Below are positions 27,640 through 39,425 of a DNA stretch of 64,000 nt, piece after piece. The translations under genes and the position numbers were made by a program. Position 1 is the stretch's first letter. Every line of letters begins with the position of its first letter. Source of the DNA: Octopus bimaculoides. Its lineage: Eukaryota. Where the stretch lies: NCBI RefSeq assembly GCF_001194135.2, contig NC_068990.1, positions 7,452,627 through 7,516,626 of the forward strand, read 5' to 3'. The notes under the pieces were generated by a model, which saw nothing but the letters and a program-made list of their open reading frames with translations, did no database searches and had not been told where the DNA came from.

Positions 27640-27745
27640 TTCGAGTGATACTTTGACCGAGTAAGTGTCTGTTATTAAAGTCTCAGGTCGACCCAAGAAA
27701 TGTGAGAGGAAAAGGTGGAGCGAAGTACATATGGAAGCCCATCAG
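27640..27745 (+). mobile_element. Degenerate SINE family A segment
   Basis: actttgaccgagtaagtgtctgttattaaagtctcaggtcgacccaag..tgtgag..gaagcccatc aligns loosely to accttgggcaagtgtcttctactatagcctcgggccgaccaaagccttgtgag..gaagcccgtc. Confidence 0.45.
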
Positions 27746-28194
27746 ATGGATTGTATCTTTAGCGTAAAGGTCTAGCCTTGTCACACTTCGACATGCTGAT
27801 TCTGCTTCAGAATTACGTTAAGATTACATATGTATGTGAAATACACAATAATTTACACGTTAAGTCAATGAAAAGGCAGTTCGGTTAATCAAACATTTGA
27901 ATACGCATCTTCTGTCTGGGAGAGATCAACTCATGTGAAGAAATTCGATCCAGCGTTGATCACTGGTTACATGAAACCCACCAACACGAATGACTTGCAC
28001 CTCTTCGTTGGCACTAACCCAGCTGAAATCAGGCGGGAAAGGTCTAGGTGATTCGAGGAGACAAAGGCTACTGATTGCATTGAGTAACTTGTGATGCTTA
28101 ATTTCATATTTCATGTCATACTAGATTGTTTTTCCTACCCATTATATAGACCTAGATGGATATATGTGCATTGCATGCGCTTATAGCATTAGTA

Positions 28195-28318
28195 ATAGCA
28201 ACAGTAGCAGTAGTAGCATCAGAATCAATGGCAGTAGCAGCAGCAGCAGTGGCAGCAGTAGTGGCGGCAGCAGTAGCAGCAACTGTAGTAGTAGGGTTAG
28301 CAGCAACTACCGCTGCTT

Positions 28319-28382
<64 letters not shown>

Positions 28383-28443
28383 AACCACCAATACGACGGC
28401 TACTACTACTACTACTACTACTACTACCACTACCATCACCACG

Positions 28444-28502
<59 letters not shown>

Positions 28503-28526
28503 CACATCCCCCCCACCACCACCACC

Positions 28527-28582
<56 letters not shown>

Positions 28583-28672
28583 CACATCCCCCCCACCACC
28601 ACCACCACCACCACCACTACTACTACTACTACCACCGCCACCACTACCACCACCATCACTACTACTACTACT
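28195..28672. repeat. Compound trinucleotide repeat (GCA/GTA)-(CTA)n-(CCA)n with a duplicated ccacatccccccaccacc block
   Basis: Direct reading; source of the poly-T/Y/V ORFs 28152-28691. Confidence 0.95.
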
Positions 28673-28975
28673 AAAAGTGTTAAGTTTTTAAGGTAGCTTA
28701 AGTTGATGTTTAGGAATTTAGCATATGTCGAAGTAGAAAATTGCTCAGAATGACTGGAGATAAGAAGAAAGAATATAAAGGCTAAAAGCAACAGCATAAA
28801 AAAAAAAAATTAGCATTGAGTAAAAATACATAATTTTAGTATTTTAGCACAAAAATAATAATGAAGAAATAGATATCAATATATGAAACAACAAAAAATA
28901 TAAACTAATCGGGAAAGACAGGAGGAGCGTATTCCTTTTACATCCGTCAATGTCTGCCTACCTGTTCATACTTTT

Positions 28976-29020
<45 letters not shown>

Positions 29021-29283
29021 CACGCACGCACGCATGCAGAAATATCTATCTGTCTATCTATCGATCTATCTAGAAATCTGTCTACCATGTGTTTTTTTTT
29101 CCATAACTTTATGTTTTTTAATTGAAACTTTTCTATTTATAAACATTTTAAACAGTCTTCTTGTACTACAGATTACGGTACATTGCTTTTATCAATTTCC
29201 AACGTTGACATATGCTAAATTCATAAACCTCAGCTAAGATTTCCAACCGCTTACTTTGTGCCATAACAGTAAAAACAACTGCA

Positions 29284-29345
<62 letters not shown>

Positions 29346-29399
29346 CACTACTACTACTACTACTACCACTACTATCCCTAAACACTAGTACATTCATCT

Positions 29400-29593
29400 A
29401 TTGAGGCACTCTTGGCGGTCGGGGAGACCAGGATGTTTGGGGTTCCTTCGTTGGCCCTTGGTGGAATTCCCCTTTAGGAGAATTTTATTGTCTAATTATT
29501 GTTGTTAATTGTTATTATTTTTATTGAATACACATAAGTTTTGTATTGTCCCTATTTGTTTTGTGTCCAGCTCCTGTGGTCAATAAAGAAAAG
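29400..29593 (+). mobile_element. Putative LINE 3' UTR ending in tgtggtcAATAAAgaaa
   Basis: The terminal ~45 nt are similar to the tail of SINE family B unit 1, but the upstream sequence is unrelated to the SINE. Confidence 0.4.
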
Positions 29594-30615
29594 ATTATTA
29601 TCTTTCAGCTTATTTTGCTTGGTATGAGGGTAAGTGTCAGCTGTCCACTGCCAGCAGACTAAGGTGACACTTGTTTACTGGTCATGCTTCAAGAAGCCTG
29701 CGAAGAATTCTTGCAGTTCCGAACAATGCTGATTTTTGCAGGTGTTCTACCTTTACATTTGTACCAATCTTTTTGAGCCATGTTCGTAGCTGAGTGCTGA
29801 TACTTCCAAGTGCCCCATGTCTATTCTCTTTATTGACCACAACCTTCATATTTCACATTTCAAATCATCATAGTTGTTGAGTTTTTCTTCTTCCTTCTCT
29901 TTGATCCTGTTGTCACCGGACATGTTATGCCGATTACCATGCATGCTCTTTCTTTCTTTTTTTTTCACCACAACAATGTCCAGTTTCCGATGTCTGGTCA
30001 GGTGATCATACTGAATCATTGCATCCTACAGAAATTTGCAATTTTCATTCTCGGTGACTCCTTCTGAGGTTTTCTCATATCATGTCATTGCTCTTTGTAG
30101 GCCGTAATTTCTGCAGGGTTCCCTATGGATCATTCTTAGTACATTGTCATGGCGCTTTTTATATTCTCGTTGTGCCAATTTCGGGCATTCGCTAATTATG
30201 TGCCATACTGTTTCACCCCTCTCACCACACATTCTGCATTTGTCGCTGTCAGTAGTGTTATCGATTCTGCACTTCCTTATCTCTTGTTCTTGAGCCGCGC
30301 ATATAAGTGCTTCTGTCTTTATTTCAGGTCACTCCTCGACATCCATAGCCACCAGTCTTCTGAATCTGTCTTGGCGTTGGTATCTGACAGTACATTTTTT
30401 TGTCCTTCCATGCTGTATCTTTTTTTTGTGTTCTTTTGCTCCTCTAAATTTTTTTTCTTAACACAATTATCAGTTTTAATGACGCCGGACTTCTTCACAT
30501 GTTTCAACAATGGTTCCATTGGTATTTTTACACACCATCCTAAGCTGTGTGCATACCATCCTAGGTTCTGTGCACTCTCAATATTCTTCATGTCTTCGTA
30601 TCCATGTTCATCAGG
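29594..30615 (-). mobile_element. 5'-truncated R4/Dong-like LINE, second family (CCHC knuckle + REL domain + 3' UTR, (TAA)n end)
   Basis: Minus translation with frameshifts: DWWLWMSRSDLK..ALICAAQEQ..KCRMCGERGETVWHIISECPKLAQREYK.RHDNV...RHRKLDIVVV...CPGDNRIKEKEEEKLNNYDDLK...ALGSISTQLRTWLKKIG...HLQKSALFGTARILRRLLEA* (stop at 29682-84). Confidence 0.9.
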
Positions 30616-30624
30616 TCCTTCTTG

Positions 30625-30755
30625 CGTCTACCAAATCCACTGACAAGGCATTGGTCGGCCTTCTATAGTAGAAGACACTTGCCCAAGGTGCTACACAGTG
30701 GAACTGAACCCGAAACTATGTGATTGAAAAGCAAGCTTCTTACCACACAACCACA
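30625..30755 (-). mobile_element. SINE family A, 5' half
   Basis: cgtctaccaaatccactgacaaggc..ttggtcggcc..gaagacacttgcccaaggtg..actgaacccgaaac. Confidence 0.8.
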
Positions 30756-31286
30756 TCGAGAGAGAGAGGGAGAGAGAGAGATGATTAATAGAAAATAGAT
30801 TGAATGACATTATTTATTTAAAAACACTACAAGTGTTTCCACTTATCGTTACACCGGCAGTACATTGACGAGGTGATATAATTAACGTATGTTGTAATCA
30901 CTATCTTCCATCAAAGATGAAAGAAGTGTTTTTGATGTGATTATTTAAAAAAAAGTCTTTCGTTAGATCATACCGACATTTCACACTCATTCCAACACTC
31001 AAATGAAACGACAGTATGCATGACAATGATTACACAATATATTAGTTATATCATGTTACCAATGTACTACAAGTCTAATGATATGTGGTGTTTTGAAATA
31101 AAGGATGACATTCAATCCATTTGCTCTTATTCATCTCGTTCTATAAACTCAGTGGATACAATGGAATTCCTGATGTATGTCCAGCAGAAGGAACATTCCA
31201 GCTGTAAGATGACAGACAGTAACCAATAACTGTAGATGAGCATCGCATTCTGCAAGGTTTCTGCCTGAATTTTGCAAAATGCTAGG

Positions 31287-31560
31287 TATGTATGTATGTA
31301 TGTATGCATGTATGTATGTATGTATGTATGTATGTATGTATGTATTTATGCATGTATGCATGTATGTATGTATGTGTGCATGTATGCATGTGTGTGTATG
31401 TATGTATGCATGCATGTATGTACATGAGCATATTTGTGTGTGTGTGTGCGCGCGCGCGCGCGCGCGCGCGTGTGTGCGCGCGTGTGTGTGCATTTATGCG
31501 TGTATCTGTATGTGTTTGTGTGTGTGTGTGTGTTTGTGTGCATTTATGTATGTATCTGTA
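31287..31560. repeat. (TATG)n-(TG)n-(CG)11 compound microsatellite
   Basis: Direct reading; CG run at 31449-31470. Confidence 0.9.
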
Positions 31561-31646
31561 TGTATTTGCGTGTGTATGACTGTATATGTCTTTTCATCAG
31601 TGCACGTATGTTAACAATTCTGGTTACGCTCAAAGACATTTACATG

Positions 31647-31689
<43 letters not shown>

Positions 31690-31889
31690 ATTATTATCAT
31701 CTTCATCATCATTATCATCATCATCATCATTATTATTATTATTATTATTATTATTAATATATAATGCTTGCATTAAATAGAATTGTTCAGTGAAATATAT
31801 ACTCATCCATTATGTATGTTAGACGCACACGGATACATAAGCATACATATTGAGGCGTGCATGCGCATGTGCAGATGCATGTACGCCTG

Positions 31890-31923
<34 letters not shown>

Positions 31924-32159
31924 AATCTATCTATCTATCTATTATAAACATATGTGTGTGTGTGCGTGTGTGCGTGCGTGTTTATGAGTGTGTGAGTTGT
32001 GAGCAATATATATAGTTTATGCAGCAGCTGCTTCTGAACATATAGAAGCAACTTGTTCGAGAAAAAAACTACAAAAAAATAGTAACAACTAAGAAGAAAA
32101 TGAACGTTTAAGACAACGAAACAATAAGAGCAACAAGGAAAGGAGTCAAAAATGAAAAC

Positions 32160-32370
32160 AAAACTTGGAATCTACAAACGCTGGAACAAAGACGTTGTGT
32201 TCGTTATCGAGGTGGATGAGACGTAGACCAACAAAGAACGTCATTGTGGAAGAAATACAATATTGTATAGCAGAATAGAAGCTTTCCAAGACAATTCCAT
32301 TGGAAAGTGGGTGTTACTGACGATGAACTGATGGAAACTACCACTATACGATTGGAAAAAAGAAATTGAT
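32160..32370 (+). mobile_element. Possible very old RTE-like APE endonuclease remnant
   Basis: Fragments TWNLQTL...DET*TNK...NTILYS...YDWK resemble RTE endonuclease GTWNVRTL/ETRWTG/TILYSG; weak. Confidence 0.3.
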
Positions 32371-32748
32371 ATAAATAAACAAGGAAAATAACTTCTTTGT
32401 GTATAAAAGTATTCAGAAATATCTCTGCACCATTCTGCCATTTTGAGTAAATAGGAAGGATTTAGCGTACATGCGCACATGTACGTGTATGTATGTATGT
32501 ATGTATGTATGTATGTATGTATGTATGTATGTATGTATTTACGCATGCATGTATTTTCGCAAATAATATGTATGCATGTATATATTTATATATATAAGTA
32601 TGCCTGTGTATATATACANNNNNNNNNNNNNNNNNNNNNNNNNNNNNNNNNNNNNNNNNNNNNNNNNNNNNNNNNNNNNNNNNNNNNNNNNNNNNNNNNN
32701 NNNNNNNNNNNNNNNNNNNNNNNNNNNNNNNNNNNNNNNNNNNNNNNN

Positions 32749-32822
<74 letters not shown>

Positions 32823-32900
32823 ATATACGTTTATAATTTATGTATATATGTATATCTATGTATTTGCATATATACATACGTACATATATATAATTATATA

Positions 32901-32931
<31 letters not shown>

Positions 32932-33687
32932 GTGTATGTATGCATGTATGCATGTACATACATAGTCACAATACGTAGAGAACTATCAACGAAGAATCGA
33001 TATATTTTAGCAAATCAAGTGTGTAACTATAACACGGGATACTTATATAAACACAAAGAAAGAAATAGAACAACAATGATGGTAATATACTTTACAGATT
33101 AGCCCCACTCTATCTTTTTGTCTTTCTTCGCTATTTACCTTTTGTAAATACTCATCCTTTCGTAAAGAAATTGGTCTATTAGTCGAATACTGTAAGTAAA
33201 AGAGAACTATACAATGTTGGCATGATGCTATGCAGGTTCGATCTCTCATTGGTGTCGCCTATAAAATCAAGATTCTTTGGTAGTAAGAAACAATAAGGAA
33301 AGGCCTTCAGAGAAGAGTCTCCCTCACTATTGCAAATATTTCGGCCCTTTACACTTAACTCTCTAAAGTGGCCCGGCAGCTCCCATGTCGTGGCTCCTGG
33401 GCAGCCCTCTGCTGTCACGTCCTGTGCTACCTTCTGCATTGCAATACCCCTGGGTAGTTAAAGTGCCACTTGAAAGAGGGAATAGCGGTTTCAATGGTTA
33501 ACTCTTGTAAAGTTTTATGGTTTACTTGGCTTATTTTGCAGTATTGTGTCTGTATCGTGAATTTTGATTTCTATTTCGCAATTACTAAAACACGTCTTGT
33601 GTGTATATACATATCTATCTATCTATCTGTCTGTCTGCTGTATAGATATATCTATATGTACAAAAGAGTACACACACACACACACAC

Positions 33688-33720
<33 letters not shown>

Positions 33721-35223
33721 TCATATTGCAATAAATATGTGGAAGCAATATTGTGAGGAACAGTTTAAAAAGAAATGACCAAAGGGAGAACTTTTTTGAA
33801 TGGTAAACTGCACTTTGCGATTGAGAAAAAGAGGCCTACTGCAATATTTTGTCCTAACTTGGTTTCAGACATAATCAGTTTATGTTTCAACAGTGATTTT
33901 CTATAAGGATGCAAACATTTTTCTAGTCATTTCAGAGCTGTGTTTGATGCTTTACACGATGCTGATGATGGCCAGAACCTAGAGATGCAATCACCGTTCC
34001 GCTAGAAGGCGCTATGAAATGATTGTTGGTACTTTTAGTACCCATTTACTAAAGCGAGAATTTTTCTCAGGGCAAGCGGCGGTGTAAACGATCTTTTTAC
34101 AAGTCAATTATGTCCCTAACATGTTTGAAATTCGAAGTGATCTAAATCCATGTTTATGTATAGTCTCTGACTTAATCAATTAGTTTCTACACAAGAATCC
34201 TGACACTCATTAGTGGGGCTGGAAAGAAAAGTGAACTGTCACTATACGTTTCCTATCAGTGCTTCCCACAAGTGCCAGCGTTGGGTTTTTTTCCCCAAAC
34301 TCTCAGGTACGAAACCAATTGCCAAACTGTGCTAAAATGGGTCTATATTTTCTTCTATTAAATATTAATACACCCACCCTGTTCACGAATACAGGAGGGT
34401 CCGTTTTTCTAACTCATGGATTCTGAGACGACCATGTATATATGTGTGTGTGTGAGTGTGTGTGAGTGTGTGTGTGCATGTGTATGTGTGTGTATGTGTG
34501 TGTATGCGTGTGTGCGTATGTATATATGTGTATCGTATATTGTATATATGTATGTATATGTGTGCGTGTATATATACATACACACATTCATACGCTATAG
34601 TATCGAACAATGAAAATGAGAGCTCAACATTGCATTTTGTATATAGCTATTCTTTATTTATGGATTAACAAGACAACCGATAGTTTCATGCGGATAAAAT
34701 CTGTACAGTACTTCAAGATCCACTTGAGAATGCTGGCAATCTTCTACATTTTGTCGGCGATTAGCAGCATTGAAGAATCTTGGTCATTTTTTCCACGACA
34801 GGTGCTGGTGTATCTACTCCTCTGTAACGTAGTCATTCGGCTAAAGAGATCCACAGATTACGTGCCAGGCTTAATGATCGACTTGCTTGTGTAAAACTTT
34901 TCAAGAAGGTGCCCCATCATGGCTGCAGTGGCAAAAGAAAGATACACACACACGCACGCACGCGCGCGCATATATATATTCCATAACGACCACCGCTGAT
35001 GAGCGCAGGGTTACATAATCGGATTGTTATCTTACAGTTCGTTGAACCCGATTAGTAAGATCGGTCGTAGTGGATATATTACACAGAACACTTCGAATTA
35101 TATANNNNNNNNNNNNNNNNNNNNNNNNNNNNNNNNNNNNNNNNNNNNNNNNNNNNNNNNNNNNNNNNNNNNNNNNNNNNNNNNNNNNNNNNNNNNNNNN
35201 NNNNNNNNNNNNNNNNNNNNNNN

Positions 35224-35266
<43 letters not shown>

Positions 35267-35379
35267 GTATATGTATATGTATGTGTGCGCTCGTGTGTGT
35301 ATGCCGTGTGAATGCGTCGTGCATGTAATATATATATATATTTATCTGCACACAAATTAAGTTGTAAGTGGTTACTTAC

Positions 35380-35616
35380 CTCGAATACCTTCATAATGTC
35401 GGCTAGAGATGTCATCTGTTCTTTCAAGATCACGAGTAAAGAGACCCGTGCAGTTTCCACTTCCAGGCGAGATTTTCTTTCACCATTAAATTGTTCAGAC
35501 TCTTCTGATATGCATTCTCCCAACCTTCTTTCTTCTGAACGCTCAAACTCAGCGTTGGTGACCGTTTCGAATCGGGCATCTTCTATCAGACTTTTCCTCC
35601 GCCAGTTTCCTCCGTG
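35380..35616 (-). CDS. TH: Tyrosine hydroxylase (tyrosine 3-monooxygenase), internal coding exon: N-terminal regulatory region and start of ACT domain
   Basis: Minus strand: acceptor attatttgtag|CAC, donor GAG|gtaagt, 237 nt, phase 0-0, only one open frame. Translation: HGGNWRRKSLIEDARFETVTNAEFERSEERRLGECISEESEQFNGERKSRLEVETARVSLLVILKEQMTSLADIMKVFE. RRKSLIEDAR matches the TH PKA site (mammalian RRQSLIEDAR, Ser40; Drosophila RRRSLVDDARFET). Confidence 0.95.
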
Positions 35617-37381
35617 CTACAAATAATATTGAAACGAAAGTGAGCATCAATAAACTAATTGTAGTGTGGCAATAAATAATTAAAAATTATACTTAGGGAT
35701 TGACTCTAGTCAAGAATAGCTGGGGAGACGACAGTTGCAGTAAACCTCTATTTTTCTCTCTCTCTCTCTTCGCATCTTTACACAAACACACACAAACACA
35801 CACACACACACACACGTACACACACACAAACACACATGAATCCAAGCGTACACACACACATTCAAACATACGTATGCACTCACACTGGCATGTAATGATA
35901 TGGATTTCCGTCAATTTCGATTATGAAGATGCAGTTTTTCGATTAAGTAAATTTTTAGCTCATTGTATTCGCCTGAGAATTCCACAGACACGTGCATCTG
36001 TAACAAAATTCTCAGACGCAATTAACGTGACACATGTTGTATTCTTGAATTACTGCTATAAAACCATTCGATGAACTTCCATAGATTTTCTGCCTTCCTA
36101 ATTTTGCCCAAAGAATATCAGACACATGTTTTCTGCCCTCAACAGAGTAGTCCTGGGAGGGTCATCTTTGATTTAAATATTTTTGGGTTCACAAAATGTA
36201 TTCCTACATACTCTGTGAAAATTTACACATTTTATAATAAACTCTAATACATTGTAAGAGGACCTTTACAAAAGATTGTGTGTACAATTTGGCAAGAAGT
36301 AAAGCTAAGTGACTTACTATATATTAATACATTAAACAATATAACTTTCAACAACGCAGGCTCGTATTAAAACATCAAGATTCTCGCTTCTCCACGACTC
36401 ACAAAATATACAAATTTACAAACTCCAGTTACGTTTCGCACGCGTTTAATTTAGATATTTCAGAATAAAAGTACAAGGAAATCTATGAGCTCAAACGTAG
36501 TATCAGGGTTAATATTTGAGGGACGATGATAAACTTCGCATTCTTATTCTCATTTACTCATTTCACCACCATCTGCATAGTGGTAATAGTGCTGAGTGGA
36601 GTCTGTGAGCTCAAATTCTGGCATGGCACAGTAAATGTACATACATTTAGAAAATATTTCATCTTACAATGACTGAAGCTAAGATAACAAACACGAAGCT
36701 AAAAAGGAAAATATATTTATATCGCTGCTGTAATAAATATTATGAAACACCTGAATACGAAACACCAAATTTCTACGTTTGTCAAAAGCCGAACTCTGGT
36801 TCTCTGGCAGCAAACCAGATTTCCAGGTTTGGTCAGATGGACTTCACTTCCGAGACCTTTGAGAAATAACTGCAGTTGGCTAACACATTGATTGATCTCT
36901 TTGATCATAAGAAAACAAAACATTGACTTTATTGTTATTGTACGATTAATGGAGAATTATAAATGTTGTCTGTATTTGTAATACGCCATACTTGAAACTG
37001 TTGAGAGCATACAGCAATCCTAACTGAACAAAATTACATTAAAACTAAATCGAATGAAACTAAATTTGAAGAAAGAATGAGTCCAGATTGTGTCACCTTC
37101 ATTGTTTACTTGTCTACAGTTATAGAGTTCAGTTTTTTTTTTTTTTTGTTGTTAACGTTTTTTTTTCAATTGGGAAAGAATTATATTCACAATAACAATT
37201 TCAAGTTCATTGCTGTTAACTTAATCACGAATTTCAAATGTCCTGAAAGTATTTCTCATGATATTGTTATAAATGTATATATACGAATGAGACTTTCATA
37301 GATGGAGAAATACATGAAATACATGCACATACATACTTATACACACACAGACAGACAGACACACACACACACACACACACA

Positions 37382-37430
<49 letters not shown>

Positions 37431-38545
37431 CTATAGAGACACACATATATCTACATATATAGAGACACAAAATATAAAATATGATTATATTGTATGTAGC
37501 ATTAATAAAACTGCAACGACACACTTCTAGTGTATGTGAGTATGCACTAGAAATTCAACCCATACAAAATTGTATTGATTACTGATAAAACTTTCTACAA
37601 AGCTCAACATAAGAAGTACACGTGAGTACATATGCATAAAGGCTAAAGTTTTCAAGTAAGTATATACTGTATCACTTTAGAATCAATATACAGGTATTTA
37701 TTCAAAATTACTGATTGAATTTGATCGTTTAGCATATTTTAGAAGCACTTATAAATTTTGTCCTTTGTAAATATAATTACATTTTGGAGAACAGAAATAT
37801 ATTCAACGACAATTTTTTTGCGTTCGTGGGAGTGTACGTAAGTATAAGAATGAATGTGTACATTTGTATTAATGTGATCTAGTATGTATGTATGAATGTA
37901 TGTATGTATGTATGTATGTATGTATGTACGTACGTATGCATGCATTATGTATGTATGCATGGAGGTAGGTAGGTAGGTAGGTAGGTAGGTAGGTAGGTAT
38001 TCATGTCCCTCTGTTTGTTTGTCTGTATATATATATGTATGTACGTATGTCCATACTCACGAAACAATTGGATTATTTAACAAATATAGTTTGTGTATCG
38101 AAAGAGTCAATTATTCTATGATAATCTAATCAACGATATATTATACAATTCTACTAGAACGGATATGATTACAATGAAAGAAACATACATGAGTCTACAC
38201 ATATGCTCATGAATTCACAAAAATCATATGGTTTCTGTACATATTAAGAAATCTAATATTTTTTTATGAATACATTAGGTGTGACGGTGCATGTCTTTTC
38301 ATTCATGTAAACGTGTCGATCCGGTGACCGTAGTATGAAAAGTTTACCATTAGTTTCATACCATTCCCACTAATCCTAAATGTTACTCAGATACGTTAAA
38401 GATCTCTAAATAGATCCAGTAGCATGTCTTCAATATTCGTATGCGCTGTACGGAAAATGGACTTCACATTGTTAAATCTATGTAATAGTTAAATTTATTG
38501 AAATATGCATACAAATATACGTATATGCATGTGTGCGTTTGCGTG

Positions 38546-38598
<53 letters not shown>

Positions 38599-38620
38599 AT
38601 CTACCTGTATGTATGTATGT

Positions 38621-38717
38621 ATTCTTTTACTTGTTTCGGTCATTTGATTGCGACCATGTTAGAGCACCGCATTTAGTCGAGCAAATCGACCACCAGGACT
38701 TATTCTTTGTTAGCCTA
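38621..38717 (-). mobile_element. SINE family A 3' end, fused to a family B dimer
   Basis: ttcttttacttgtttcggtcatttgattgcgaccatg..gagcaccgc..caggacttattctttg. Confidence 0.8.
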
Positions 38718-39033
38718 CGACCTCGGCGGAATTTGAACTCAGAACGTAGTAGCAGACGAAATACCGCTAAGCATTTGGTACGGCATGTTAACGTTTCTTA
38801 TTTCTGTATTGCCCACAAGGGGCTAAACATAGAGGAGACAAATAAGGACAAACAAAGGGATTAAGTCGATTACATCGACCACAGTGCGTAACTGGTACTT
38901 AATTTATCGACCCCGAAAGGATGAAATGCAAATTCGACCTCGGCGGAATTTGAACTCAGAACGTAAAGACAGACGAAATACTGCTAGGCATTTCGCCCGG
39001 CATGCTACTAATGTTTCAGCCAGCTCGCCGCCT
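38718..39033 (-). mobile_element. tRNA-derived SINE family B, dimer
   Basis: Two cgacctcggcggaatttgaactcagaacgta units (reverse-complement B-box GAGTTCAAATTCC) separated by a tail ending cttatttctgtattgcccacaagggg. Confidence 0.85.
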
Positions 39034-39425
39034 TTATGTGTATGTTTATTATTGGCGAAATGATCGTCTCGAGATGGAACAAAATATGCTTCAACACATG
39101 TGTTCACATCAAGAAATTTGGAAGCCAAATACAAAAACAAAAGATTCATATTCGTTTATTGATTTACTAATCCAAGTTATTAGGGCAAGTATTGAACTTC
39201 CAGACGTAATACGTATTGCGTAATACATATTTTCTGCTTTGCATGCACTGATACACATAAAATATCACATCTACTAAACTGCGGTCAAATTAACAGCCAA
39301 CCGATGTACATGCTTCATACATGCGCAATGCATATGTGGATACATATAAGTACATGATTGGATATTTAAGCATATGCCTGTATTTAATATGCCAATGTTT
39401 ATCTTTTTAATATAAAAATCCTTTC

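Larger units (their letters stand above)
6559..35379 (-). other. TH: TH intron (28,821 bp including gaps), GT-AG
   Basis: Bounded by the donor at 35379 (gtaagt) and the acceptor at 6559-6560 (ag); in-frame joining of the flanking exons. Confidence 0.85.

Noticed and set aside
34996-35003. CTGATGAG as a hammerhead core or C box
   Set aside because: No stem II followed by GAAA and no D box (CUGA) downstream; it forms a small cgct-gatg-agcg hairpin instead.
36717-36923. Overlapping plus and minus ORFs just upstream of the TH exon as a possible first exon
   Set aside because: No good phase-0 donor and no TH-like N-terminal motif.
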